NCBI GenBank assembly: GCA_003614675.1
Contig: ML002352.1
Coordinates: forward strand, 1-39,327
DNA: 39,327 nucleotides
Source: Dimargaris cristalligena
Taxonomy: Eukaryota
Direction of reading: 5' to 3'
Shown one piece after another: positions 21,301 to 34,596 of the stretch (position 1 is its first letter; every line of letters begins with the position of its first letter). A model generated the notes under the pieces. The model did no database searches and was not told the DNA's origin. It was given only the letters and a program-made list of their open reading frames with translations. The position numbers and the translations under genes are program-made.

Positions 21301-24300
21301 GGTGGAGACGAGAGACCTACATGCCAATTTCGCTTTACCCATTGGATATTCGGCCGTTTTTATTTATACAAGTAAATGTATTTTAGGATCTCATTAAGCA
21401 TGCCTCAGCTGGACTATAGTCGCTATAAATCCACCAGCGAAAGAACTCATTTATGCATATGGCATAATAGAGGTGGTGTTTACCCACCATACGGCTGTCG
21501 GTGGCTTTAGCTTGCTTGCTATTGTGACAGTACTGTATGTCTAACCGGTGGTTGGCCACCTATTTACAAAGCGTTGATACTTGGACTAATTGCCGCTGCT
21601 CACTGGCCCACGTGTCCATAATAAGTTCACATCTACCATTTTATTTTTATTTTATTATGTATTTATTTATTGCGTTTTCGGTCCCTACGCCTACCGTGTG
21701 TCTCGTATTCGGAAGAGAAGAGGTGGGGGGGAAGATCCTTGCGGGACAAAGCCAAACTGGGCTACCGGTTCCCCATCCCCTGTTTCAAAAAACGGCTGCG
21801 TGGTGGTTCCATATATAGCACTTGGTGATCGATGGAGAGTAAGGCCAGGTTCAGGACAGGGTACGGTGGCGGCACCCAAGAGACGTGTGATTTTTTGATG
21901 GCCGTGCAATCAATCCACATTGCAACGATCATCACAAATGGCATTCCTGTTTGGGGGAATGGCGGATGAAGCAGGCCCATGTCGGCGTCCACTTGGCCCT
22001 GCCGGGTGTGATTAGAAACACGACATGGTGGAGGGAAAATGAAAAGGAAAACCGCTACCATGGGTGATTTACAGGTGGGGGATATAATTACGGATAGCGT
22101 ATGGCATGGGTACCAAGTCTTTCGGGGTATCAGTGTATACCATACACTGCCGCGCATAGTCGGTGTCCAATCTGGTGTGTGCGGGGCTGAGCGGCCCTGC
22201 GAATGTCAATGTTTAGTGGCGGAGGAGGGGGTCTAATAGGTGCATCGGATTTTATTAAATTATGAAGTTAGCAATACTGAAACACCGGCAATAGTATCCA
22301 TCTAGACTAGGTGGGTGCATGTTTTCTATGATGTATGTTTTGCCCGGCTTTAACATTAGGCCCGATCATTCCAACCATATTATTAGGACCTAGACTACGT
22401 TTAGCCTCCAAACTTGGCGAACGGAATATATGAACCCTGTCTTTTGGGAATGCCTTGTGTTTTTAGAAAAGTTGAGCCAACTGGCTTGTGATCTCTTCAG
22501 ATCGTTTGACACATCTGCACGGCTCTGCATGCCATACAGTCCCGACCCGTTCGATGGCACTTATAGAAAATTCCACGGAGAAAAGCCAAGTGAAGGGGAA
22601 GGGGTGGTAGAATACCTAATATGAGAGAGTTGATGGGGTACTTTTGCCGTTTTTCTATATCCATATCTATTATTTATATTTATATTTTATTTTATGATGC
22701 CTGGTCTGATGACGCCCGCGACTATCCAAAGGGTCGGAATGTGACAAAGTCTAAACGACCCAGACCCACGGTATGGGTAAAACTCACCCAGCTGGTTATA
22801 TCACTGCCTTATTTCCCAATTCCGCTTGTTCTTTCCCTTTCCCTTCCCATTGGCTTGACCTTGGGCCGCTGGTCCCCAAATATCCCGATTTCGTACATGG
22901 TTCGGACATCGCCACCAATTTATCTCAATATGGGTTAATGAGGTCGTTTCCCCGATCGTCTGGTCAGGGATAACACCCCCCCCCCCCCACATACACACTA
23001 AGCATTACAATAGATTGGTGTAATGGGCACGTAATTGAAGGATACGCCTAATCGGATCGAATAGCTTTTAATCTCACTCAGTTAAATATTCTAATCGCCA
23101 CTATAGCCCCTTCCCCCTTCCCTATCCCCGAATTGGATTCACGCGCACTTCACCCCCCGGATTTCCGCTGACATCTCGCCCCCTCCTCCTTAAATACACC
23201 GCAGGGAAGATGAGAGGGAAATCTGCCTCCTGCTTGTGACAAAAAGGGAGGGCAGGCGGATATTAAACCGGCGAGAGAAATCGCGCAACGGTCACGGGTC
23301 TGCTTGAACTTGCAGTCTAGGGCCGATGGCTATAAAGAACAGCGGGTGCGACGTCCCCAGGGATGAACCGGAGGACATCCTGGTTTGTTGATTTCTATAT
23401 TCTATTCTACTCTGTTAGTTGTAAATATCGGAGCCGCATTATATACCAACGTGCCTAATGGTCGTTATGGTTCTGGCTATTACGTCGATTAACATTATCG
23501 GTCTTTCAAGGTGGGTTTATTTACGCAGGGGGAGTTAAGTATACTACCCCAGTTCCACGTCGTTTTATTCATTTATCTTTAGCCCATCTCCCCTATTATA
23601 AGGTTTCATTACCCGCGCGGAAAGGTGGGACGCCGTTCTCTTTTAAAGGAGGGCTGGTGGTGGATGATATGTTGGTTGGCTGGTACGGTGTTTTGGGAAG
23701 ACGAATCTGAGACCTCCACTGGCGGGTACTTGAATACTACTTGGCTTGATAGGGAGATGCGCGCACATTCTTAGAAGAGTTCTTCCCTCTCTCTCTTAAC
23801 CGATCGCAGCAGCCCCGACTGAATATGATATATACCGGCTTGGCACGCCTATTTAGCGTTGTTTACGACAGACGCATAGAATTCATTAATCATATTGTCC
23901 TTTTCTCCCTTTTCCATCTCCTCCCTCAGCCTCTGTTCCTAATTAGCCGCCAGTGTGCGTATTATTCCGTGTGTATCACCGCCACTACCAGGTAATATAC
24001 AGCCGCTCCGTACCACTGTTTGGAACACATATTACTGCTTCGTTGACGGAGAAATAGGCTGTATTCGTATCGGTTCTGGCTGCTTGATCGCAAAAGACTG
24101 TCAATTTTGAAAATCACGAATTGGAGACAATAAAGGTGAGGGTGTTTTGACCCATAACTGAAGCTTCCTTCCTGCCTTTCGATTTCTCACCCAACTACAC
24201 CCGTTTACTTACACTTCTTCTTACTTCAGGACTAACTGACACACCTCGGTGTTGGATTTCTACCCTTTCCACCTGTGCCCATTTAAATCCTTTCTTCCCC

Positions 24301-24456
24301 CGCATGCGTCGTCACCCTCATCCATCAGCCAACCCACTTACTTCCTCCTCTCGCTTGTTCCCTCCGTTGCGTCGCTCTCCTATTTGGCAACTTTGCATTA
24401 CCTCCGCCGCCAAGAACCAGCCCGTTCTAGCCAGCGTAGCCACATCGCCGTAAACC

Positions 24457-25898
24457 ATGGTGAAGGGTTTCACCGAGTCCTGTTTCGTCCGGGACAGCCC
24501 CGATGCGCTCGTTTCCTTTGACTCCGTTAGGTTCATTGAGTTTCTCGTCTTGGTGGTCGTTGTCGGCCCCATTACCTACCGCTGGGTAGCGTGGCTCTAC
24601 AATTGGGAGCGGGACGCCAAGTCCTGGGTGGACCATTTCCACGACACCGCGGAAGGTATCGGCTATTCGTTTGTCGTATTCGTACTGGGTAACTACGCCC
24701 ACACCATGTCGTGGTGGACCGTCCTGGGGTATTTTATCGGACTGTTCGGGTGGTCTTTACTGGGTGAATTGTCATTTATGAAGGTGAGCCTGCCCACTTG
24801 GCGGACGTGGTCCATGGGTGCTTGGATCGTCCATTTGTTGGCCGTGGCGATTGTCGTTACCTTGGGGGTATTCCATTGCTTGTGGGCGTTCCAGCACCAG
24901 ATTTTCTGGCCGTGGTACTTATGGGGTCTGGTCGTGGCCACCAGTTTTATTTGGGTGGGTGCATCCGTATCCATCTGTGAACGTCGTTATCTCATTCCCC
25001 GCCGCGTCGAAAAATGCAACCCCATATTCCGGGCCCAACCCATCGGCCTCAACAGCCAGCCAACGGTTAGATCAGCGGTGTCGGTATCGTCGTCGTCAGC
25101 CTGGTTACCACCCCATCTTCTTCAGGACCCGGTGGTGGCCGTGCCCCCTCCGGCCGCCGCTCCCTCGGTGATGGATGTGACCCCCCCGGAATGGGCCAAT
25201 AATGTGGCGGCTCTGCAATCCGAACTATCCCTGGCGGAGGCCAACCAGCAACTGGACCCTAAATTGCGTAATGCTCCTAATGTTGATCCTCCCGACAGCG
25301 AAGAGCTATCGTCCGACAGCTCGACTGCAAGCGGTAGCATGGCCCGGCTACGCCCTGTTTCATCGAATGGGGAAAGTCAGCTCACCGACCATCGCCCGGG
25401 CGGGGCCACCTCATCATTATCATCCTCGGCCGCCCCTCATCGACCACGACGACAGAGCCCGCAGACTGCCCTGGCCCGACTGTGGTCCGCCATTGACCCC
25501 CTCCGCAATTTAACCGAGCGTCGGCGGGAGGATAAGGCCCGATTCTCCCTCGAACCCAGTCTCCGCCAGACGTACTGCGTTCACCTCCACCACTGGCAAA
25601 TCTTTTACATCCTGGCCTTCTTCACCCGTTTCCCCACTACCGTGTCGCAAATTTGCGCCGGGTTGGTCCTCGGAATCTTCACCCACGGTGGAGCTGCGTA
25701 CGGATTTGATTCGCTGTTGGAAATCGATACGGTCTATGACGGTAAGTTACTCTATTCATTGAACCGATGATAGTAGTGGTTGTGGGCCGTAGTGTGCTAT
25801 AGTCAATGATTCTAGTTAGCCAGATGACTGAGTATGCTCCGGACGGGTCGAATATCACTGCGGTGGATTATACGTATGGGGATATTCAAGCCGCGTAA
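24457..25898 (+). CDS. Uncharacterised multi-pass membrane protein; 437 aa unspliced (to 25770) or ~455 aa as join(24457..25741,25816..25898)
   Basis: ATG in AACCATGG context. About five hydrophobic segments, a long Ser/Pro-rich loop, then HLHHWQIFYILAFFTRF...SQICAGLVLGIFTHGGAAYGFD. A GTAAGT donor at 25742 and TAG acceptor at 25815 give an in-frame terminal exon (less certain). Confidence 0.85.
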
Positions 25899-27129
25899 TG
25901 TTCGCCTTCATTACATTTCATATCCTGCTCCATTCCGTCGATTCTGTACCTTTTATTTACCATATACATGCCTGTTTTTTTTTATTTAAAAAAATATAAT
26001 CTACCACTATTTTCCTATGCATTATCCTGTCATTTAAATACCGCAACACTTGGCCAACTACGACCAATACATGTCCGTTATGTCCGATCGTTGTTCCAAC
26101 GCAGATGGAGGTGAGTGGGTCTAGCTTTTAGTTATTCGTCCGCCACTTTACTATTTAACTAGATTTTTACGGTACCAGAGGCGTGCCGGGGGGAGGGGGG
26201 ATATATAATCCATAGCTATATAACCCCAGTAGTTATTTCATACCGCTCTACTACTATTTTATTTTTTAAAGCGGCTCAATCCCCCAGGCCCTTGTATTCC
26301 ACCGTCAACACGATTACAATCTCACCTTAACGACACCATTAATGATTCTTCTTTTTATCACATATGATGTCCAATCGACAATCCTTTTTTCTTTCACCTA
26401 AATCTGGTTCAATATCCCTCCCCACTCCTCCTTCTTCGATCATGCATTTTTTTAGACTTAGATTCATAGCACACGCACTTTCTCACTCTCTCGCTTTATT
26501 CCCTTTAGTTTCCTTCATAGGATGTATCTGCATTTTCCCCCTGTGGTTATTACACTTTATTAATCGATTTCTCCCCTCATTTCCATTCATTATTTTTACC
26601 CTTATTCTAACTTAAGCCCATCATCTTTAGATCATCCGCTTTAATCCCGTAACTAATATCCGCATTCGTACGAACTTTCTCTCTGTATCTCCCTGCTCCT
26701 TTCTTATCCGGCTCTACTCCCCCACCCCCTCATCTCGTCGGGGTGTGGCCTCATACCTTGTTCTCCGGGTTTGAAATATATCATGTCCATCCGTAATTCT
26801 CTAATTGACGCCGACAATTTAATATTCTAAACTACTCTCTCTCTCATCCGCTCATTTTCCTTCCCAAATCCTGTATTTCTACTTTTCTCTCTTACGTTTC
26901 GGATATTTAGTATCTCGTGACAAAAAGGACGACTAGGATAATGGATACCGACAATGTCATCTTTCGGGTTAGTTACCGGAATGCCAAACCTAGCGCTGGC
27001 TTGGCCTTCGCCAGTCTTATTTCATAATCTAATAAATGACTTGACGAAAAATATAAACATAAGAATATATCCCGATTGTTGTTAATCGGGCAAAACAAAA
27101 TGGGATTTATGATTAAAAAATATGAGAGA

Positions 27130-27202
27130 AGCCCAATGCGGGGGTCGAACCCGCAACCTTGAGATTAAGAGTCTCACGCTCTACCGATTGAGCTAACCGG
27201 GC
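27130..27202 (-). tRNA. tRNA-Lys (anticodon CUU), intronless
   Basis: GCCCGGTTAGCTCAATCGGTAGAGCGTGAGACTCTTAATCTCAAGGTTGCGGGTTCGACCCCCGCATTGGGCT folds as a cloverleaf with A and B boxes. T6 terminator at 27115-27120 on the minus strand. Confidence 0.97.
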
Positions 27203-29192
27203 GCTTCACATGAAAATTTGGGACCATGGTCCGTTTTATCCCCTCAATTATAGGGCTAATTTTACGGCGATTGGTTGATTTTTATCACTTGTCCTACCTG
27301 TATTTTAGCTTTATTTTTCTAACGCCAACAATTTTATCCAATAGAGTAAGGGTGGTAAATAGCCGAAACCTCGTTACTCTGTTTATTTCTCGTTTGCCTC
27401 ACTAATATTGGATTATGGTCTGGTTATCGGGAGGGTTTTCCAATGGTTTTACTTTTTGCACCCATTGGCCAGGGATCCATGGCGTAAGTTATGTGGTATT
27501 GCGGATCAAAAATACAGCATTGCCGTCCAATTATTCGCAAATTGCAATGCCCCTACAAATACTGACACTATCATTCGCAGAGACAGACAGGTAACTTTCC
27601 ATATATTGTAAAATCTATGGTTGGAAAATACATCCTTAGGATGCAGCAGGTAGTGATGGATGACAGATTTTCTGCGAAAATAATACGTTCGAAATACTTG
27701 AGATGAGAGCCAATTTCCTTGGTTATTTTTGGAAGTCTGCTCTGGCCATAATATTTATGGCTTTGATGTTAAGACTCGTATATATTCGTACCGGAAGTTA
27801 GTAGTATATATAATGAAGTTTCCGCTCCTAGTTTTTGCCTGTATTTGTGGCTTGCTCAATCTTATTTCCCTCTTATTGCGTATAGCCATGTGTATTATCG
27901 GTTTAGAGAGAATATTATTGCTAGTGCGAGGGTTTTGGTGTCCTATACCCAGTTTTTCTACTCCATTCTAATATAAAGACATGGTGAGGGATTGTTTATA
28001 AGGCGTTTTATCTCTTATAGCCCGACTAGAGATGGCTATATTATTGATTTAGGTTCGGGCTCTACTCGGCCCAATATTTACAATTCACCGACGATTTCCG
28101 GATTGCAGTATTTTCTGGTTGGATGCAGCGAATGGCACCTGGTCATTCAATTACCCATTTGCATTTATGTAGTAGTAATAGCCCCAATGTTAGCTGCGAT
28201 CACTACAAGCTGATACTTCCAGACAAAGCCGGCAAGTTAAACCTCGGCCATGATATATTCTGATGGACGATTACTTATTTAATACTGGAATCCACTCACT
28301 AGATCTAACCACATAGTCCTATTTAGCCTTTTATTTTCAAAATCAGTTGCTTGTCTGCTCCCTATAATACGTTACTTGTAAAACCAAGGACTGAAATACC
28401 GCTGGAAGGTCGGCTATATGGCTAGCCCCAAAGGTGTTCGTGAATTTGATCCACTCTACAATCCATTTCCTCCTAGTCTCCTTGACCTTCTAGCATCATA
28501 TTCGCTGGAGCACACTTACGGATTCATCATTATTTTATACAATTGAAGTATAACTGTAGTTGATAAAGGCCAGTTTCCCAAGTATTCTACAGTAGCCGCC
28601 TGATCATCTTTTATGAGGAATACCTGTTCACAGGGGGCAGTGCGTACTATTCCTATTTCTGTAATAGTTGACGGACATATCTCTCGTGGTACCTAGCTCC
28701 CCATTATCACAGCCATCAGTTGTAATATTTATGTAAAACTGTCCCCATAGCATTCGCACTTATCCCTCTCCAATAGCTGCCCATAGCTAAATGATTAAAG
28801 GTACCTTTTTGGGCATAATGCACCAAATGGCTGAACGGGCAGCTGATTCCAGCTTCCTGGCCTAGGCCTGGAAAGGCACTGACCACAGTATACGTGGTGT
28901 AGAGGGCCAATCTGATGAATTGACGGGGCATGGTTCTGATTATCGTCACCCATTCCTCCTTTCTCCTCCTCCTCCACCACCACTGGCTAATATAACACCA
29001 ACCACGCTTACATTGGGATGCCCATGAATTCGAAACCCTCCTATTGTCATCTCCGACTTGACTCATTCCATTCGTTTGTCGCACCCTCTTTCATGAATTC
29101 CTATTAGGGTCTGTATCATTTCGGTGTCTATATTATTTTATTTTGCATTTTTACTAATAGTTGGGTAGACTTTACTGTAGACCGCTATAGCG

Positions 29193-32100
29193 ATGGAGTC
29201 ACTACCCAAGCCATTTCTACAACACCATTACCCGCTACTCGGCGTTCTCAACCCAAACCCCTCAAAGTCGGAGACCGAGGCTAGCGGAAATGCATCCCCA
29301 ACCTCAAGCAGCAGCTCGGACTTGGCCGCCCAGGGCATTGGCCTATCCCCCTACTCGCGTTCAGTTCGAGACCAAATGGTCGAATACCTGGGCAAGTACC
29401 CTTTAGATTCCTACTGGGACACTCACAATGCCAAAGAGGTTTTGAAGGGGTTCGCCATCGTGACCGTCCATGCGGTAAGTATTCCTCCAGCTGGCAATTG
29501 CCTCACACCGACAAGTGTCCCTGTGGCATTTCTATGAGAGGCCGTCAATGGTCCATTATATGGTACATTGTTCCCCGAGTATTTGCTTTAGCGGGGATAG
29601 GTTTTGAGTTCACCCAAGTCACTTACGCCGAGCTGTATACTAAACGATTGTATATCAACTCATCCTTGGTACTACCGTTAACACCATATTAAACCATCGT
29701 CAGGGCCAATCCATCTCGTCCCGCCTTAAATATAGCCCCGGCCAGAGCCTTAGCTCCCTAGAAAGCGTTTTAGAGACCGCCAAGACCAACCACTCGGCCT
29801 TATCCCCCCTTAACCCCGAGTCACCCCTCCACCCCGACGGACTCATGTCCCCCCAATGGGTGTTACGACAACACCAACTCTATCCATCGGCGTTGATTTC
29901 GTTCCATGATTTACGCTACTACACCCTGGCCCAGGGCCGCCGGGCGAATGGCCCCGATTCAGGTGGGGATGGACCGGGTTCCGGAACGACGGATGTCCTC
30001 GCAGACGACCGTATTGCGACGGACCTCCTTTACAACCACAAATTGGCGAAGCTTCGCAAAATCAAGTGTATTCCCATTATCATTTTAGAACAGAGTGACT
30101 GCGAACGCAGCGATACCGACGAACGGATCCAGCGGATTCGGAAAGTGGCCCAATTGGAGTCTAAAAGTCCCCTGATTGTGGTTCGACCGGTAGCCCCGGC
30201 CCAACTGGAGGAGCAGACGGCCGTACTCGCCCGGACGCTGCTGGACCATGCCATGGCGTACTACCGGGAACAGGTCAAGCGCATCAAAACCAAGGCCACT
30301 CGCATCGCCCCCCAAGAATTCTCCATGTCAACGACAGATTCCCCCCGGATCACGGGTAAACCTCCACTCTCACCTGCGGCGCGGGCCGCGGCCCCCGGGG
30401 GAGGGCTAGCCCACCCGTTGAGCGAACGGGCCTCGGCCAGTGCCCCCAATTTGCCCGCCGTGGAAGCCCTTGCGGCCACCCGCTCCGAGACTAAAGTCAT
30501 TGACCCCCACGGTCTGCCGGTCTTGGGCTGGAATCTCCGCTACCAGTTTAAAATGGCTGTCTTTTCGGAATTCCGCCAGGATATCATGACGGCCCTGCAG
30601 CACTACTACGCTACCTACACGGACCTGATTGAGTTTATGCACCAAATCACCCAAGGTACCTTGGTTACCCTACCGTCCCTTAAGATGTTCACCCGACGTT
30701 GGGAGGAGGCCAAACACTTCCTGGACAGCCTGGCCTGGAAGATGTGCAAACTGTATCTATACTTGGACATTCCGGCCTCCAGCTGCGAACTGTTTAACGG
30801 ACACATCAATTCGTTTTCATCGCTCTTGGCGTCCGTGGGGTACGGCGAAGGCACCAGCTACTATTGGAAATGGATGACCGCCCAGCACCAGAACTTCGCT
30901 GTCCTGTTGGAGATTGGGGCTCGCCATGGACTGACCTTCACCCTCCCACGAGTGGTGCCGGTGGGTAATGCCCGGCTTGGCGCGTCAACAGCCAGTTTAC
31001 CCCCCAATTCGTCAAGCGTCAACCTAAACGCTTCCGCTAATACTTCCACCATCTTGGCCTTAGGTGCTGAATTCCGCCTGCCAACTAGCTTCGGCCTGGA
31101 CCGATCCGTCGTGTCCCCGGCTCCGTTGGACGAAACGACCCCGGGCTGTAATCCCGCAACGGTGCTCCAGCATCCGGGGTTCCACTACCACGCGGCGGCC
31201 CTTTGTAGTACCCAGTTCCGTAAGCGACTGCAAGAGGAACTCGACCACTTGGCCGCCACGAAAGAGGCCGTCGACGAGTCCTCCCCCACACCCACTATGG
31301 TGGAGCGACTGCACGAACAGAACTACCTCATCCCCTTGCAGGAGAAGGGCGCCACCGAACCACTTTTCCAGACTACCATCAACCTGTTGACCCACGCCTA
31401 CGAATTGTTTAAGAAGTACCGCAGCGTGCGACACACCCTGTACATGGCCAGCGAAATTGCAGAAACTTACTTTGAGGCCGGCAAATACCAAACGGCCGCC
31501 AAATTTTTTGAGCGCATCGCCAAGACCTACCGTCGCGAGCAGTGGGGCGCTATTCTAACCTCCACGCTGCGGTGGTCCCTGCACTGTGCCATCGAAACCG
31601 AGATGTGGCCCACGGTGATTCAGTTACTTGTCGAACTTCTGGCCCCTGCCACGGTGATCAGTGGCCAGGAGCGCGGCGAATACCAGCACGAATTACTACG
31701 TACTTTGAATGCCCCCGTTGAGCGGGCCCCCACTACCACACCGGCCGAACCCGCTGTACCCGACGAGGGGGACGAAAGCGCACCCATCTCCCGCGTACAA
31801 CCCATCGTGGTGGATATGACCACGATTTACCCCTTTGTGACGTGCTTCGCCCAGTTTCGCATGGATCGGTTGACTCTGACCGGGGAAGGAACCCCCATAC
31901 GAGTGCCCTACCAAGTGGTACTAGTAGTGGCCCCGGGGGTACTGGCTAGTCCCCTTCGCTTGGATGCTGTGCGTCTAGAATTTAGCCAACCCCAGTTTAA
32001 TACCGAGTGGACCAACTCGTACCCCACGTGGGAGGCAACGTTGGAGGCCGAGGAAGATAAGAATCCATCGGGTAAGCAACATCATGTTCAGCACATGGCC

Positions 32101-33780
32101 AATTGTACATCCCAGCGTTGGGACACTCGCTCGCTGACCTTGCCGGGCGTGAAGGCAGGGGAACGGCCGTTCTGGAGGGTGGAATGGCAAAAGATGGACT
32201 CAATTGGTGAATCCTCAGCCCCCGTGTCGACCAATTTATGGCTACAGGACCATTCCTACAAAGTCCTCCAGGGTGAGCTCATTGTGTCACACCCGAGGGA
32301 TCTCCAATTCGAACGCATAGTGGCTGAGATACGAACGGAACACCATGTGTTGGCGCTCAGTTACCCATTCGACGATTTGGCCACCCGTAACCCGCCGGGT
32401 GCTTTTACCATGGGTGATGATCGCTACGCCACCAAGAGTACCTGGTGGTCCACTTTGGCGCGCCAGGAGTTTGGATTCGACCGTTTCGGCCAGCCCAAGT
32501 GGCTCTCCGTTGAAGCAAGTAAGGAAGCTAAAACTCCGCAACCGGAGGAGGCCTCGAATAATGACGAGGCTGATCTACCTAGCGAAGCCAGAAACACGGG
32601 CTCTTGTACTCTGAAATGGACCCGCTTGCCTTATACGGGGTTTACCCACCGTCTAGCGGTGGTCGACGCCCCTTTACCCATCGAGGTCAGCTGTAATACC
32701 GGTGATGGCCCGATTCTAGTCCACGAATTATTTTCAGGGGTGATTCGGGTGGACAACCAGTCGCGCCGCAATGTGCTTATTGGCGCCCGAATTACGTTAA
32801 TCACAGCGGATCCCTTGGCGCACTTGGCGGACCACCCGTTTGATCAGGTTCCCCCCGATGAGCGCCGCTCGGAACTGGATTTGTCGGTAACACCGGTGGC
32901 TCTACCGGCGGGAACCCAGCATCGGTATCAGTTTGCCATGGGGAACTTTGCCTCCCCGGGGACATGTCAAATCAAAATCCAGCTCCAATACCAGCCCATG
33001 ACCGCCGATGAAGACCCCACCGTTTCAGCTGAATGGGCCTGGTCCGACGAGCCAGCTGATATCCAGACCACCTCCCATGTCTACGATTGGGTGGTGGTAG
33101 AGGCATTGATTCTGAATTTCACTGGGCAGTCCATGACCGAACCCCGCCGCTCGTCGCTGGCCTCCGAACCCGAAACCGCCCCGTCAGCCCCCGGCTCAAG
33201 CCCCAGCCCTCGCCCGCGGATGGCTATTGATCATTCCAGCCGGACTAGCGTCGATAGTCCTCGCCGCTATTTACTCACCGGTCGACTTCATAATACTGCC
33301 TTCTGGCCAATAGAACTGTCCAACCTCGAACTGTTAGCCCCCGAGACGCCGCCCGGTTCCATCCCCACCCACCCACTGTCCCCAACGGCCTCTAGCTCCT
33401 CCCCCCAAACCTCTGTAGTCTGGTCGAGTTTTGCGCAACTGCACCCCCGCGACGCTTCCCCAACGACAGCAGCGGCGGCCGTACCCGACTATGTCCTAGT
33501 CATGCCGGGCCAGAGTGTGGTTCACACTTTCCTAGTCAACACCACCGTTTCGGTAACGAGTTCCGGCTATTCGAAGCGTAATTCGCAGGCCGGGAAAACC
33601 TTGGGAATGGCCCAGGCAACGTGGCGGCGGCAATTGAAAGTTGAGGATTCGGTAGAAAGTGGCCAGCCGTCTGGCTTAGTGGGCGGCGACCCCCTCCCTT
33701 CGACCGGTTCACCCCTCGAGGAATTAAGCCGCTGGAATTACACCCAATTCCCTGTTGAGGTGATTGGCCTCTCGATGTGA
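29193..33780 (+). CDS. TRAPPC11: Trafficking protein particle complex subunit 11 (Foie gras/Gryzun family), ~1452 aa, join(29193..29474,29704..33780)
   Basis: N-terminus MESLPKPFLQHHYPLLGVL. Motifs HSALSPLNPESPLHPDGLMSPQW, GWNLRYQFKMAVFSEFRQD, HPGFHYHAAA and FFERIAKTYRREQW. A phase-0 GTAAGT..CAG intron restores the frame. Confidence 0.88.
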
Positions 33781-34596
33781 TCGCATTGTGATATTGGATA
33801 CCAATAATTGTTTACACCGTGCGACCTATTCAATGATGCACTAATGAGGAGGTTTAACCGCTACTGTAGACCCCATCCCTCTTACTTTAACCCTTTTATG
33901 ATCACCCGAAAATAAATACACTAGATTTATATTGGCTATAATTTAGCCCAGGCTTTATTTCTATCCCAAGTGTGCTTGTTAGTCAACGACTTCCTCTGTG
34001 TTTTCGTCGCCTCTGATACGCAGCACTACAATAAGGGTTCAAATCCACATCACCCATGGATGAGAAGTATCTCAGTGGACACCATTGTATATAATAGTCA
34101 CGTGTATTAATTTCCGGCTCGCTTTCTTTTTTCTAGCAGGGCTCAGAGGCTCATTTGAGTGTGACTCTGGAATTAATCAACCCATACTGTTTCTAGTCCA
34201 GTCGCTAAAAAACTTCACCTTTTCGTATATACATGCAACCTAAAAACGCTCGGTAGGAGTTAATAGCCCGCCTTTCGAGTTGCAGATTCCTTGAATAAAA
34301 AGTACTGGCCACCGCTTGAATTTGCCTACATTTATAATTCACTGACGAACTCTTAGCTGATTCTATACTTTGGCCAATTCCCACTCGACTTTTTTTTTGC
34401 TGCCTATTTTACCATATTGTCATTGCCCACCGGCCCGTGTCGTTTTTCACACTTGCAATTTCTTGTTACAGGCGGAATTCGCTCTACTCTAGTTGCAGGA
34501 ATCTGCTTTACCTATTCAGCTATATAGCTCCCTTACGCATTTTCTACATGAGCTCTTAAATCGCCGAGACTCACCAGACCTCCATTTATAGCTAAC

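Noticed and set aside
23221-23261. Potential hairpin atctgcctcc...gggcaggcggat
   Set aside because: An isolated imperfect stem with no match to an RNA family I recognise.
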